Assembly: GCA_964465015.1 (NCBI GenBank)
Contig: CAYXHP010000150.1
Location: forward strand, 8,424 to 72,423
Length of the DNA stretch: 64,000 nucleotides
DNA from: an uncultured Gemmatimonadota bacterium
Lineage (GTDB): Bacteria > Gemmatimonadota > Gemmatimonadetes > Palauibacterales > Palauibacteraceae
Direction: 5' to 3'
Below the pieces are notes generated by a model. The model saw only the letters and a list, made by a program, of their open reading frames with translations, searched no databases and had not been told where the DNA came from. The position numbers and the translations under genes were made by a program. Below, in pieces: positions 38,681 through 47,653 of this stretch; within the stretch, counting starts at the first letter, position 1, and each line of letters opens with the position of its first letter.

Positions 38681-38854
38681 GGCTCCCGATGCAGCGTGTC
38701 GGTGAAGCGCCCAACGAGGAATGCCGAAAAAAGATGAACCATTCCCGTCTGTCGCACCACCCTCCGTCGCGGCGTAAGGGGGAGCCCGGCTACGACCTGC
38801 AACCCGGGGCGGACCGGTGGCGGAGGACCTGCGCGCGCGTCACATTCCACGCCC

Positions 38855-39637
38855 ATGTTCAGGCAATTCGATCCTTCGTTGCACCTTCTCATCGCCCTGC
38901 TCTGTCTCGGGGCGCTCACACCCGGTGGAATCAAGGCGCAGCAGCCACCCTGGCAGGCGCAGATGGGCCTCCAGGCGCTCTCGGTCTCCGGGAGCCAGGA
39001 CTGGCTCGAGCTCCGCGAGGCCATCTCCAGGCTGTGGCCGCGTGGCGATCGCGCCGGAGGCGCACTGGTCGAGACCCGCCGCTTCGGCCACTGGGACCAG
39101 AGCGTCGAGCTCCGGGGCACGCTCCACCCGCGGCACAGGCTGTACCTGGAGCTCGAGGGCCGGTGGACGCCCGACGCCACGATCCTGGAGACGGCCATGC
39201 TGCACGCCACGGTCTCGGTGCCGACCGGCCACTTCGTGCCGGCGCTCGGCTACGAGGTCAAGAGCTATCCGCAGGGTGCCGTCCACCAGCTGAGCCCGCG
39301 CCTGGACTGGTACGAGGGACGCTGGTTCCTGCGCGGCGAGGCGCGCTTCACGCGCAACACTTTCGGCACGATCAACTTCGCCGGAATCGCGCGCGCCCAG
39401 GCGGACATCGCGCCCGACTGGCAGGCGTGGATCGGCGTGGCCGCCGGGAACGAGGACTTCCTGGTGGGAGCGCCTCCGATCCAGAGCGTCCGGACGCTGC
39501 GCACGCGGTCGGCGTACGCGGGTGCCCAGTGGACCGGCCTGCCCGGGTGGACCCTGCGGCTCGACGTGGTGGGTGTACACTCGGAGCCCAGGCTCAGCCG
39601 GGCGGGCGCCGCCCTGTCGGTGGCCCGGAGCTTCTAG
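38855..39637 (+). CDS. Putative outer-membrane beta-barrel protein (YaiO-like)
   Basis: Signal peptide LLIALLCLGALTPGGIKAQ. About 260 aa of alternating beta-strand-like segments ending ...LSVARSF (aromatic terminus). Size and gene context resemble YaiO-family barrels next to GT2 genes. The family assignment is unverified. Confidence 0.5.
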   Translation: MFRQFDPSLHLLIALLCLGALTPGGIKAQQPPWQAQMGLQALSVSGSQDWLELREAISRLWPRGDRAGGALVETRRFGHWDQSVELRGTLHPRHRLYLELEGRWTPDATILETAMLHATVSVPTGHFVPALGYEVKSYPQGAVHQLSPRLDWYEGRWFLRGEARFTRNTFGTINFAGIARAQADIAPDWQAWIGVAAGNEDFLVGAPPIQSVRTLRTRSAYAGAQWTGLPGWTLRLDVVGVHSEPRLSRAGAALSVARSF

Positions 39638-39638
39638 G

Positions 39639-40706
39639 GTGGGATTCGGACCGCTCCTCTCGCTCGTCGCGGCCGAGGTCGGACTCCTCGTCGCGCTGCT
39701 CGTCCTCCTCCTGGCCTGGTCTCCCGTGAGCACCCTCCTGGCTCACCGGCGGCGGAGCCGGGAGCGGGCCGCGTGGGACGCCCTGCGGAGCTGGAAGCCC
39801 GGAGACCCGCTCGCCGCGGTGGCCCGCACCCTGGACCGGTGCTCGCTCTACTCGGCTCGGCGCGTGCTGGACAGCCGCGCCGGACGGCGCGCCGCCGCGG
39901 CGGGGCTCTCCCTCTCCGACGTCGCGCGGACCGGGTCGCGACTGCTCCTGGCCCGGCGCTGGTCCCGCTCGCGGCTGTGGTGGCGCCGCCTGGCGGCGGC
40001 CCAGCTCCTGGCTCTGGTCGGAGAGGAGGACCAGCTCCCCGACCTGGTCCGCCTCCTGTTCGACCCGCACCCGGCCCCGGCCAGCGCGGCCCTCCTGGCG
40101 GCAGAGCGAGTCGCGAGACCCGAGCTCATCTCCCCGCTCCTGGACCTTGCCACGGGTCGGGCGACCGGACCGCTGAGCCTGAAGGAGCACGTGCAGATCG
40201 TCCTGACGGGATTCGGAAAGCCGGTCGTCCAGCCCATGCTCCGCCGATTCCGGGATGTCGAGTCCGAGGACGGGCTCGTGGCGCTGCTCCAGCTGGCCGG
40301 CCTCCTGGGCGACGACGACCTCCGTCCCGCCATTGAGGCGCACCTCACCGATGGGGGCCTCGAGGTCCGGATCAACGCGGTGCGAGCCCTGGCGGGGCTC
40401 CCCAAGCGGGGCTCGCTGGCACCGCTGCTTGGGGCCCTGGAGGACCCCGCCTGGCAGGTGCGCGCGCAGGCCGCTTCGGCCCTGGGCCGCCTGGACGCTC
40501 CGACGGCGGCGCCGGACCTCCTGCGAGCCCTGTCGGACCCGAGCTGGTGGGTGAGGCTCCGCGCCGGGCTGGCCCTGCGACGGCTGGGCTGGAAGGGCGA
40601 TCGCCTCCTCGAGTCGGTCTCCTCCGAGGGTGACCGGTACGCGTACCAGATGGCGCGCTACGTCCTCGATCTCGAGGAGGCCGCCCTAGTGGAGTACGCC
40701 ACCTGA
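39639..40706 (+). CDS. Membrane-anchored HEAT-repeat protein
   Basis: GTG start 2 nt after the upstream stop. N-terminal TM helix (LLSLVAAEVGLLVALLVLLLAW). HEAT/PBS-lyase-like repeats (VRINAVRALAGL, LEDPAWQVRAQAASALGRL, LSDPSWWVRLRAGLALRRLG). Confidence 0.7.
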   Translation: MGFGPLLSLVAAEVGLLVALLVLLLAWSPVSTLLAHRRRSRERAAWDALRSWKPGDPLAAVARTLDRCSLYSARRVLDSRAGRRAAAAGLSLSDVARTGSRLLLARRWSRSRLWWRRLAAAQLLALVGEEDQLPDLVRLLFDPHPAPASAALLAAERVARPELISPLLDLATGRATGPLSLKEHVQIVLTGFGKPVVQPMLRRFRDVESEDGLVALLQLAGLLGDDDLRPAIEAHLTDGGLEVRINAVRALAGLPKRGSLAPLLGALEDPAWQVRAQAASALGRLDAPTAAPDLLRALSDPSWWVRLRAGLALRRLGWKGDRLLESVSSEGDRYAYQMARYVLDLEEAALVEYAT

Positions 40707-40734
40707 CGCGGTCGGTGCGGCGATCCGGAGCCCG

Positions 40735-42216
40735 ATGATCGACTTCCTGCGACGCTTCGTGCTGTTCTGGGACCCCCTCCTGCTCTGGTATTTCGGGGCC
40801 CTGAACCTGTTCTACGGGGTCCTGTTCGCTCTCTCGGTGTTCGAGGTCTGGAAGCACTGGGCGCTGGCCTCGCGGCTCCGCCTCACCGGGCGCCTCTCCG
40901 ACGAGTCCTTCCCTCCCGTCTCGGTCCTCGTGCCGGCCTTCAACGAGGAGGCGGTCATCGTCTCGAGCGTCCGGGCCCTTCTTCGGCTGGACTATCCTTC
41001 CTACGAGGTGATCGTGGTGAACGACGCCTCCACGGACGGAACGTTGGGCCTGCTCGCCCGGACGTTCGACCTGTACAGCGTTCCCCCCGCGTTCACCCGC
41101 TCGGTTTCCACGCCGCCCGTCAGGGGTTACTACCGGTCGCGGACGGACCCGAGGCTCCTGGTGATCGACAAGGCGAAGGGGCCGATCGCCACGCGATCCG
41201 CTCCGCTGAACGTGGCGCTCAACGCATCGCGCTATCCGTACTGCGCGATCGTCGACGCCGACACGGTCATGGAGCGGAGCGCCCTGCGCCGCCTGGTGCG
41301 CATCCTGTTCGTGAGCCGGAAGCCCGTCGCGGGGACGGGGGGCACGATCCGCGTGGCCAACGGTGTCCGGTTCCGCGACGGCGTGCCGGTGATGCCGAGG
41401 GTTCCGCGCAACTGGCTGGCCTGCTTCCAGGTGCCGGAGTACTTCCGCGCCTTCCTGTTCGGACGGCTGGGCTGGAACCGGCTGGGCGGCAACATGCTCG
41501 TCTCCGGCGCTTTCGGACTGTGGCAGAAGCGGCTCATGCTGGCGGTGGGAGGCTACCGGGAGGACTCGATCGCCGAGGACCTGGAGCTCACCCTGAGCAT
41601 CCACCGTCTCATGTGCGAGCGCGGCGAGCGCTACGACGTGCCCTTCGTGCCCGATCCGGTCGTGTGGACCGAGGTGCCCGAGACGCTCGCCACCCTGGGC
41701 AGGCAGCGCGAGCGCTGGCATCGGGGGCTCCTCTCCACGCTCTTCCGCCACTGGCGCGTGTTCCTGAACCCGCGATACGGCGCCGTCGGGCTCCTCACCT
41801 TCCCCTATTACGTACTGGGCGAGATGCTGGCCCCGGTGATCGAGGTGATCGGCTACTGCGTGATCGCCGCCGGACTGTGGCTGGGGCTCCTGGACGTACC
41901 CTATGCCCTCCTCTTCTTCGGTCTCGCTTTCGGCTACCAGATGCTGCTCTCGGTGGGCGCCGTGTGGCTGGAGTTCCTCACCTTCCGCGTCTACCCACGC
42001 GCGACGGACTATGCGCGCATGCTCCTGTTCGCCCTGCTCGAGCCGATCGGCTACCGGCAGCTCACGGTGTGGTGGCGGCTCCGGGGCTTCGGGAGCTTCC
42101 TGCGCGACGTGGGGGGATGGGGCAAGCAGGAGCGCAGGGGCTTCGAAGCGGTCGAGAAGGAGCCGGTCCCGGCCACGTCAATCGACCCCGGGACGGGTCC
42201 GAACATCGACGCTTAG
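40735..42216 (+). CDS. Processive family-2 glycosyltransferase (PgaC/IcaA/NodC-like polysaccharide synthase)
   Basis: Motifs VLVPAFNEE, VNDASTDGT, VDADT, AEDLELT and the Q/RxxRW motif GRQRERWHRG. TM helices at both ends. Confidence 0.85.
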   Translation: MIDFLRRFVLFWDPLLLWYFGALNLFYGVLFALSVFEVWKHWALASRLRLTGRLSDESFPPVSVLVPAFNEEAVIVSSVRALLRLDYPSYEVIVVNDASTDGTLGLLARTFDLYSVPPAFTRSVSTPPVRGYYRSRTDPRLLVIDKAKGPIATRSAPLNVALNASRYPYCAIVDADTVMERSALRRLVRILFVSRKPVAGTGGTIRVANGVRFRDGVPVMPRVPRNWLACFQVPEYFRAFLFGRLGWNRLGGNMLVSGAFGLWQKRLMLAVGGYREDSIAEDLELTLSIHRLMCERGERYDVPFVPDPVVWTEVPETLATLGRQRERWHRGLLSTLFRHWRVFLNPRYGAVGLLTFPYYVLGEMLAPVIEVIGYCVIAAGLWLGLLDVPYALLFFGLAFGYQMLLSVGAVWLEFLTFRVYPRATDYARMLLFALLEPIGYRQLTVWWRLRGFGSFLRDVGGWGKQERRGFEAVEKEPVPATSIDPGTGPNIDA

Positions 42217-42381
42217 CCGGAGCGGCCGGCCGAACGGGTACAAGGCCACCGGGACGGCGACGGTCCGACACTCGAAGGCCGGGTTGGCCAGCCGCCCCGC
42301 TGCCTGTACGTTGCGGGCCGGCCCTTCCATCTTCGGGAAGGGCATGGCTCGCGGATTGGCGATACCGAGAGAGGGAGGCCC

Positions 42382-43167
42382 GTGCCTGGATTCGGCGTTC
42401 TCGCGCACCCGTGGTGGGTACCGGTCCTTTGGATCGTGGTCCTCGGTCATATCACCAACATCTGCAACACGTTGTATCTGCACCGCGGGGTCACGCACGG
42501 CGGGGTCGAGTTCAGCCCGCTGGCGAAGCACGTCATGCGCTTCTGGCTGTGGCTCACGACCGCCATCGTGACCCGCGAATGGGTCGCCGTCCACCGAAAG
42601 CACCACGCGTTCGCCGACCGCGAGGGGGACCCACATTCCCCCGAGGTGGAGGGCCTGTGGCCGATCCTCCTGGCCAACGTGTTCTTCTACCGCAAGGCGG
42701 CCAGTGACGCGGAGATCCTGGAGAAGTACGGCGAGGGCTGTCCCGAGGACTGGATCGAGCGCAACCTGTACCAGCGCTACCGGGCGCTCGGCATTCTCGT
42801 CATGCTCCTCCTGGACACCTATCTGTTCGGTCCCCTCGTCGGACTGATCGTTTGGTCGGCGATGACGGTGTGGATCCCGATCTTCGGAGGGGTGATCAAC
42901 GGCATCGGCCACGCCAAGGGCTACCGGAACTTCGGGACCCACGATCGCAGTCACAACATCTACCCGTGGGGCATCTGGATCCTGGGCGAGGAGCTGCACA
43001 ACAACCACCACGCGGATCCGCGCTCGGCCAAGTTCAAGGCCCACTGGTGGGAGTTCGACATCGGCTGGATGTACATTCAGCTCCTGCGCCTGTTCGGGCA
43101 GGCGAAGGTGATCTACGCGCGGACGGAGAGCGTCGAGGCGTTCGCGCGAAAGCACTACGGAGGCTGA
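42382..43167 (+). CDS. Acyl-CoA/acyl-lipid (delta9-type) fatty-acid desaturase
   Basis: GTG start after GAGAGGGAGG. His boxes HRGVTH, HRKHHAFAD and HNNHHADP. Confidence 0.82.
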   Translation: MPGFGVLAHPWWVPVLWIVVLGHITNICNTLYLHRGVTHGGVEFSPLAKHVMRFWLWLTTAIVTREWVAVHRKHHAFADREGDPHSPEVEGLWPILLANVFFYRKAASDAEILEKYGEGCPEDWIERNLYQRYRALGILVMLLLDTYLFGPLVGLIVWSAMTVWIPIFGGVINGIGHAKGYRNFGTHDRSHNIYPWGIWILGEELHNNHHADPRSAKFKAHWWEFDIGWMYIQLLRLFGQAKVIYARTESVEAFARKHYGG

Positions 43168-43224
43168 CGCCGGCCCACGGCGTCCGGCCCCGACCTCGAC
43201 CTCCGGTGGGCGCCTTGCAGACCG

Positions 43225-44595
43225 GTGGTGCGAGACATGAGCATGCGTGAGGCCTCCATCGGCACCCGGCCCGCGGGCCGCGACATCCCCCGGACGGGAG
43301 ACGGGGCCGGGCCGCGCCGGACGGTCGCCGACCCCCGGGTCGACATCTGCCGCCGCATGTTCGACCGGCTGCTCGGTCCCGCCGAGACCCGCGACTTCGC
43401 CGTCCGGTACTGGACCGGTTTGTCGGAAGGTCCGTCCGACCCGGTCTGCACCCTGGTCCTCCGCTGGCCGGGCGCGCTACGACGAATGTTGCTCCCTCCC
43501 ACGGAGCGATCGCTCGGCGAGGCCTACGTCTTCGACCACTGCGACGTGGAGGGCGACCTGGAAGCGGCGGTTCGCGTGCTCGCGCCCGCGTTGCACGACG
43601 TGTGGTCGCCCCGCCGTCTGGCGGAGCTGGCGGTGATGCTCCGGCGTCTGCCCGCCCGCCGGAACACGCGCGACGCCCCTCCCGGCGAGGCGATGGGGCG
43701 CGCGGGACCGACCCGTCGCGGCCGGCTCCACTCCCGGAACCGGGACGCCCGCTCGGTCCGGTTCCACTACGATCTCGGGAACGACTTCTACGCCCTGTGG
43801 CTCGATCCGTACATGCAGTACTCCAGCGGCTACTTTCCGCGGGGCGACGAGTCGCTGGAGGAAGGGCAGAAGTGCAAGCTGGACCTCCTGTGCCGGAAGC
43901 TGCAGCTCGAGCCCGGGCAGCGCCTCCTGGACATCGGCTGCGGGTGGGGCGGTCTGATCCGCTTTGCGGCCGAGCGCTTCGGCGTCCGGGCCACGGGGAT
44001 CACGCTGAGCGAGCCGCAGGCCGAGTTCGGCCGGCGACGGCTCGCGGAAGAGGGCCTCGCGGACCGGTGCGAGATCCGGGTGATGGACTACCGGGACCTT
44101 CCGGATCCGGAGCGCTTCGACGCCATCGTGAGCGTCGGCATGGTCGAGCACGTGGGTCGCGGCAAGCTACCCGAGTTCTTCGGGGCTGCTTTCCGCCACC
44201 TGGTGCCCGGAGGGCTGTTCCTGGACCAGGGGATCGTCACGCTGGACGACACGCGCCCGTGGCTGCGCCGGCTGCGGGAACGCGTGCTCGACCGCTGGAC
44301 CAGCTTCATCGAGAGCCACGTGTTCCCCGACGGCGAGCTGGTGACCACTGGGGAGCGACTCGCCCCCGCCGAGGCGGTCGGCTTCGAGACGCGGGACGTG
44401 ACCAGCCTCAGGGAGCACTACGCCACCACGCTCCGCCACTGGGTCGGGCGCCTGCAGGCCGCCCGCGAGGAGGCCGTGGCCCTGGTCGGACGTCCCACGT
44501 ACCGGGTGTGGGAGCTGTACATGGCGGGCTCCGCATACGGCTTCGCCTCGGGTCGGATCGGGGTCGTCCACGAGGTCTACCGAAGGCCCACCTGA
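43225..44595 (+). CDS. Cyclopropane-fatty-acyl-phospholipid synthase family methyltransferase
   Basis: FHYDLGNDFYALWLDPYMQYSSGYF and SAM motif LLDIGCGWGGL. Exact start is uncertain (several in-frame ATGs at 43225-43243). Confidence 0.85.
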   Translation: MVRDMSMREASIGTRPAGRDIPRTGDGAGPRRTVADPRVDICRRMFDRLLGPAETRDFAVRYWTGLSEGPSDPVCTLVLRWPGALRRMLLPPTERSLGEAYVFDHCDVEGDLEAAVRVLAPALHDVWSPRRLAELAVMLRRLPARRNTRDAPPGEAMGRAGPTRRGRLHSRNRDARSVRFHYDLGNDFYALWLDPYMQYSSGYFPRGDESLEEGQKCKLDLLCRKLQLEPGQRLLDIGCGWGGLIRFAAERFGVRATGITLSEPQAEFGRRRLAEEGLADRCEIRVMDYRDLPDPERFDAIVSVGMVEHVGRGKLPEFFGAAFRHLVPGGLFLDQGIVTLDDTRPWLRRLRERVLDRWTSFIESHVFPDGELVTTGERLAPAEAVGFETRDVTSLREHYATTLRHWVGRLQAAREEAVALVGRPTYRVWELYMAGSAYGFASGRIGVVHEVYRRPT

Positions 44596-44681
44596 CGAGC
44601 GGCCACGTCTCGGCCGAGTCCGACGGCATCCGGCTCGGTCGCCTCGGCACGGAGACGGCACGCGGCCCGGCGGACGCCGAC

Positions 44682-45917
44682 GTGGGTCCCGGCCGACGAA
44701 TCCTGACCCTGAACGCGGGTTCCTCCAGCCTCCGCTTCTCGCTCCACCGGATCGGCCGGGCCGAGGAGCGGCTCCTGGCCGGACGCGCCGCGGGACTCGG
44801 AGGGCCCGCCGCCGAGCTCCAGGTCGAGGACGGCGCCGGCCACCCCCTGGACGACGTCCCGCTGGCCAGCTCCACGCACCGCGACGCCGTGGCGGCCGTC
44901 CTGGACTGGCTGGTCGGACCGGGCTCCTCGTCATGCGGTCCGATGGGGGCTCGGCCGGATGCGGTCGGGCACCGGATCGTCCACGGGGGGGAGCGCTTCG
45001 TGCGACCCGCGCGGGTGACCCCGGAGGTGACGGCCGAACTCGAGCGGCTGGTGCCGCTGGCCCCCGACCACATGCCCGCCGAGCTCTCCGTGGTGCGGGC
45101 CGTCTCGGAGGCGTTCCCGGACGTGCCCCAGGTCGTGTGCTTCGACACGGCGTTCCATCGGACGATGCCGGCTGTGGCCCGCCGCCTTCCGCTGCCGCCG
45201 CTACCCGGGGATGTCCGGGTCGAGCGCTACGGCTTCCACGGCCTCTCCTACGAGTACCTGCGGGCGCGGCTGAGGGAGATCCACGGCTCCGCCTCCCTCC
45301 CGGAGCGCATCGTCCTCGCTCACCTGGGGAGCGGCGCCAGCCTGGCCGCGCTGCGTCGCGGTCGGCCGGTGGATACGACCATGGGCTTCACGCCGGCCGG
45401 CGGCCTGATGATGTCCACCCGGCCCGGCGACCTGGATCCGGGCATCCTCCTCTACCTCCTGCGGGAGCAGTACCTCTCGGCCGCCGAGCTGGACGACCTG
45501 GTGAACCGGCGCGCGGGCCTGGCGGGCGTCTCGGGCACGACCCCGGACATGCGGCGGTTGCTGGAGACGGAGGGCGAGGATGACCGGGCCGCGGCGGCCG
45601 TCGAGCTGTTCTGCTATCTGGCGGTGAAGCAGCTGGGCGCCATGGCCGCCGTGCTCGAGGGGCTGGACACGCTGGCCTTCAGCGGTGGGATCGGAGAGCG
45701 CTCCGCTCCGATCCGGCGCAGGATCGCCTCCGGAGCCGCCTTCCTGGGAGTGCGGCTGGACGACGCGAGCAACGAGCGGGGGGACCCGGTGATCTCGGCG
45801 CCTCGATCGGAGGTGACCGTGCGCGTCATTCCCGCGAACGAAGAACTCATGATCGCCCGGCACGCGGCCGCCGTGCTGGATGGTCGAGAGGACGGCTGGC
45901 GCGCGCCGCAGGGCTGA
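44682..45917 (+). CDS. ackA: Acetate/propionate kinase
   Basis: Motifs ILTLNAGSSSLRF, GHRIVHGG, FDTAFH, YGFHGLSYEY and AHLGSGASL. GTG 44682 is chosen by N-terminal length, so the start is uncertain. Confidence 0.85.
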   Translation: MGPGRRILTLNAGSSSLRFSLHRIGRAEERLLAGRAAGLGGPAAELQVEDGAGHPLDDVPLASSTHRDAVAAVLDWLVGPGSSSCGPMGARPDAVGHRIVHGGERFVRPARVTPEVTAELERLVPLAPDHMPAELSVVRAVSEAFPDVPQVVCFDTAFHRTMPAVARRLPLPPLPGDVRVERYGFHGLSYEYLRARLREIHGSASLPERIVLAHLGSGASLAALRRGRPVDTTMGFTPAGGLMMSTRPGDLDPGILLYLLREQYLSAAELDDLVNRRAGLAGVSGTTPDMRRLLETEGEDDRAAAAVELFCYLAVKQLGAMAAVLEGLDTLAFSGGIGERSAPIRRRIASGAAFLGVRLDDASNERGDPVISAPRSEVTVRVIPANEELMIARHAAAVLDGREDGWRAPQG

Positions 45918-45966
45918 AGATCCCGGGAACCCGGCCGGTCGCCGGGCCCCACCAGCGTGGTCGCGT

Positions 45967-47634
45967 CTACTCGCCTCGGCCCGCCACCGTGGCCGCCGCC
46001 CGTGTCAGGATCACCGCCGACGAAGACGACATCTCCTCGTACTCGCCCACGAAGCGGTCGGTCTCGGTCGCGTGCCAGCCGGCCAGGTTGTGCGCCCAGC
46101 GGTAGGCGATCGGCTGGTACCACAGCTCGGCCAGCACGTGATAGGGGCCCGAGGCTCCGCCCAGGGGCACGCGGTAGACGACTCGGTCCCCGCCGGCCCG
46201 GAAGTCCGGGTCGGACGAGGCCGACCCGCGCACGGCGATGTCCGCCTCCGCCGCCTCCTTTCGGAAGCCCTCCGGGAGCAGGCGGTTGTCCTTGATGAAC
46301 CGCACGGCGCGCAGGAGTCCCGTCGTGACCGTCCCGGCCGGATCGACCATGATCGCCTCGTAGATCTGGACCTGGTCAGGATCGGTCACCTCCAGGTAAT
46401 GCGGTTCGAGGCGCCCGGGGTCCGCGTCGTTGTCGTTCCCGGCGATTCGGCCCGACGGGTCGAGGGCCCCGGACTCGAACACGGTCGTCCCGTCACGGTC
46501 GGTGACCTTCACGTGCAGCCAGACGCGGCGGGATGGATAGGCGGTCGGGAGCTTGTGACCCGCCAGGTTCGCGACCCGGATGGAGGCCACGAGGCGGGCG
46601 CCGGAGAGGGTGGCTGTCTCGATGTCGAGGCGGGCGGCCCTCGTCTCCAGGTGCTCGATGGTACGCCGTACCGCCGCGTCCAGCTCGGGCGCGGGAACCG
46701 GCACGCCGAGATCCGCCGCATGCCGGTTCAGGATCCGGAGCATGACGAAGTTCCCACCGCGGAACGTGTGGCGGTGCACGTTGGCCCGCGGGATCCCGAG
46801 CACGCCGGTGACGGGCACGCTGTCCTCGACGACCGGCATGTGACACGACTGGCAGCTGGTGCCCGTCCGCCCGTAGGCGCTGTGCCGCCACTCGAGGTAC
46901 GGGACCTGCTCGGGAAGCTCGCCGACGACGTTCCCGGTCTCGTCCAGAGCGGAGGTGTAGAGCGTGTGGCAGGTGGCGCACAGCTCCGAGCTCGCGGTGT
47001 GCGCGGAGCGCTGGGGACGGAATCCCGTGGCCGATCGCATCAGCCGCGCCCGGCCGCTGTCGACCGCGAACGGACCGTACACGGGTCGTCGATCCGGAGG
47101 CGAGACACTGTCGAAGGCGAACCGGCCGACGAAGCTCGCTCGCGTGCCCAGCTTCTCGGAGGCGATCTGGTGGCACGCCGTACACGACACGCCGTCAGCG
47201 GCGAGGACGTCCGAGCGGGTCGGGGGAGCCGCGCCGGGCGGGCGGGCGAACGGCAGGTGCGCGAACACCCGCGCCGCACCCCCCGCCGCCAGGGCCTCGT
47301 AGTGCGACATGGGCATGTGACAGGTGGAGCACTCGTTCTCGATCGCCGCCGCGTGTCCGGCGTGCTCCAGCGATTCCCGCCGTACGGCCGCCTGCCAGTA
47401 CGGATCGCGTCCCGAGTGGGCCATCATGGTCGCCTGCCAGCCGGCCCCGATCGACACGTCCTCTCCGGACGGCGAGACGATACCGTTATGGCACCCGAAG
47501 CACTGGTCCGAGCTGGCGAACAGCGTCTTTCCAGGCCCCTGCGTCCCGGTGGCCGGGGCGCTCTGCCCCACGGCGGGTGACGCCGAGGCGACGAGGACCA
47601 CGCATGCGGCCAGGAGCTTCATCTCGTGCTTCAT
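45967..47634 (-). CDS. Secreted pentahaem c-type cytochrome with non-haem C-terminal domain
   Basis: GGGGGAG RBS. Signal peptide MKHEMKLLAACVVLVASASPAVGQ. Five CXXCH motifs (CFGCH, CSTCH, CTACH, CATCH, CQSCH). The C-terminal ~250 aa has no haem motifs. Confidence 0.85.
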   Translation of the reverse strand: MKHEMKLLAACVVLVASASPAVGQSAPATGTQGPGKTLFASSDQCFGCHNGIVSPSGEDVSIGAGWQATMMAHSGRDPYWQAAVRRESLEHAGHAAAIENECSTCHMPMSHYEALAAGGAARVFAHLPFARPPGAAPPTRSDVLAADGVSCTACHQIASEKLGTRASFVGRFAFDSVSPPDRRPVYGPFAVDSGRARLMRSATGFRPQRSAHTASSELCATCHTLYTSALDETGNVVGELPEQVPYLEWRHSAYGRTGTSCQSCHMPVVEDSVPVTGVLGIPRANVHRHTFRGGNFVMLRILNRHAADLGVPVPAPELDAAVRRTIEHLETRAARLDIETATLSGARLVASIRVANLAGHKLPTAYPSRRVWLHVKVTDRDGTTVFESGALDPSGRIAGNDNDADPGRLEPHYLEVTDPDQVQIYEAIMVDPAGTVTTGLLRAVRFIKDNRLLPEGFRKEAAEADIAVRGSASSDPDFRAGGDRVVYRVPLGGASGPYHVLAELWYQPIAYRWAHNLAGWHATETDRFVGEYEEMSSSSAVILTRAAATVAGRGE

Positions 47635-47653
47635 GGCTCCCCCTGTGCCCCGG

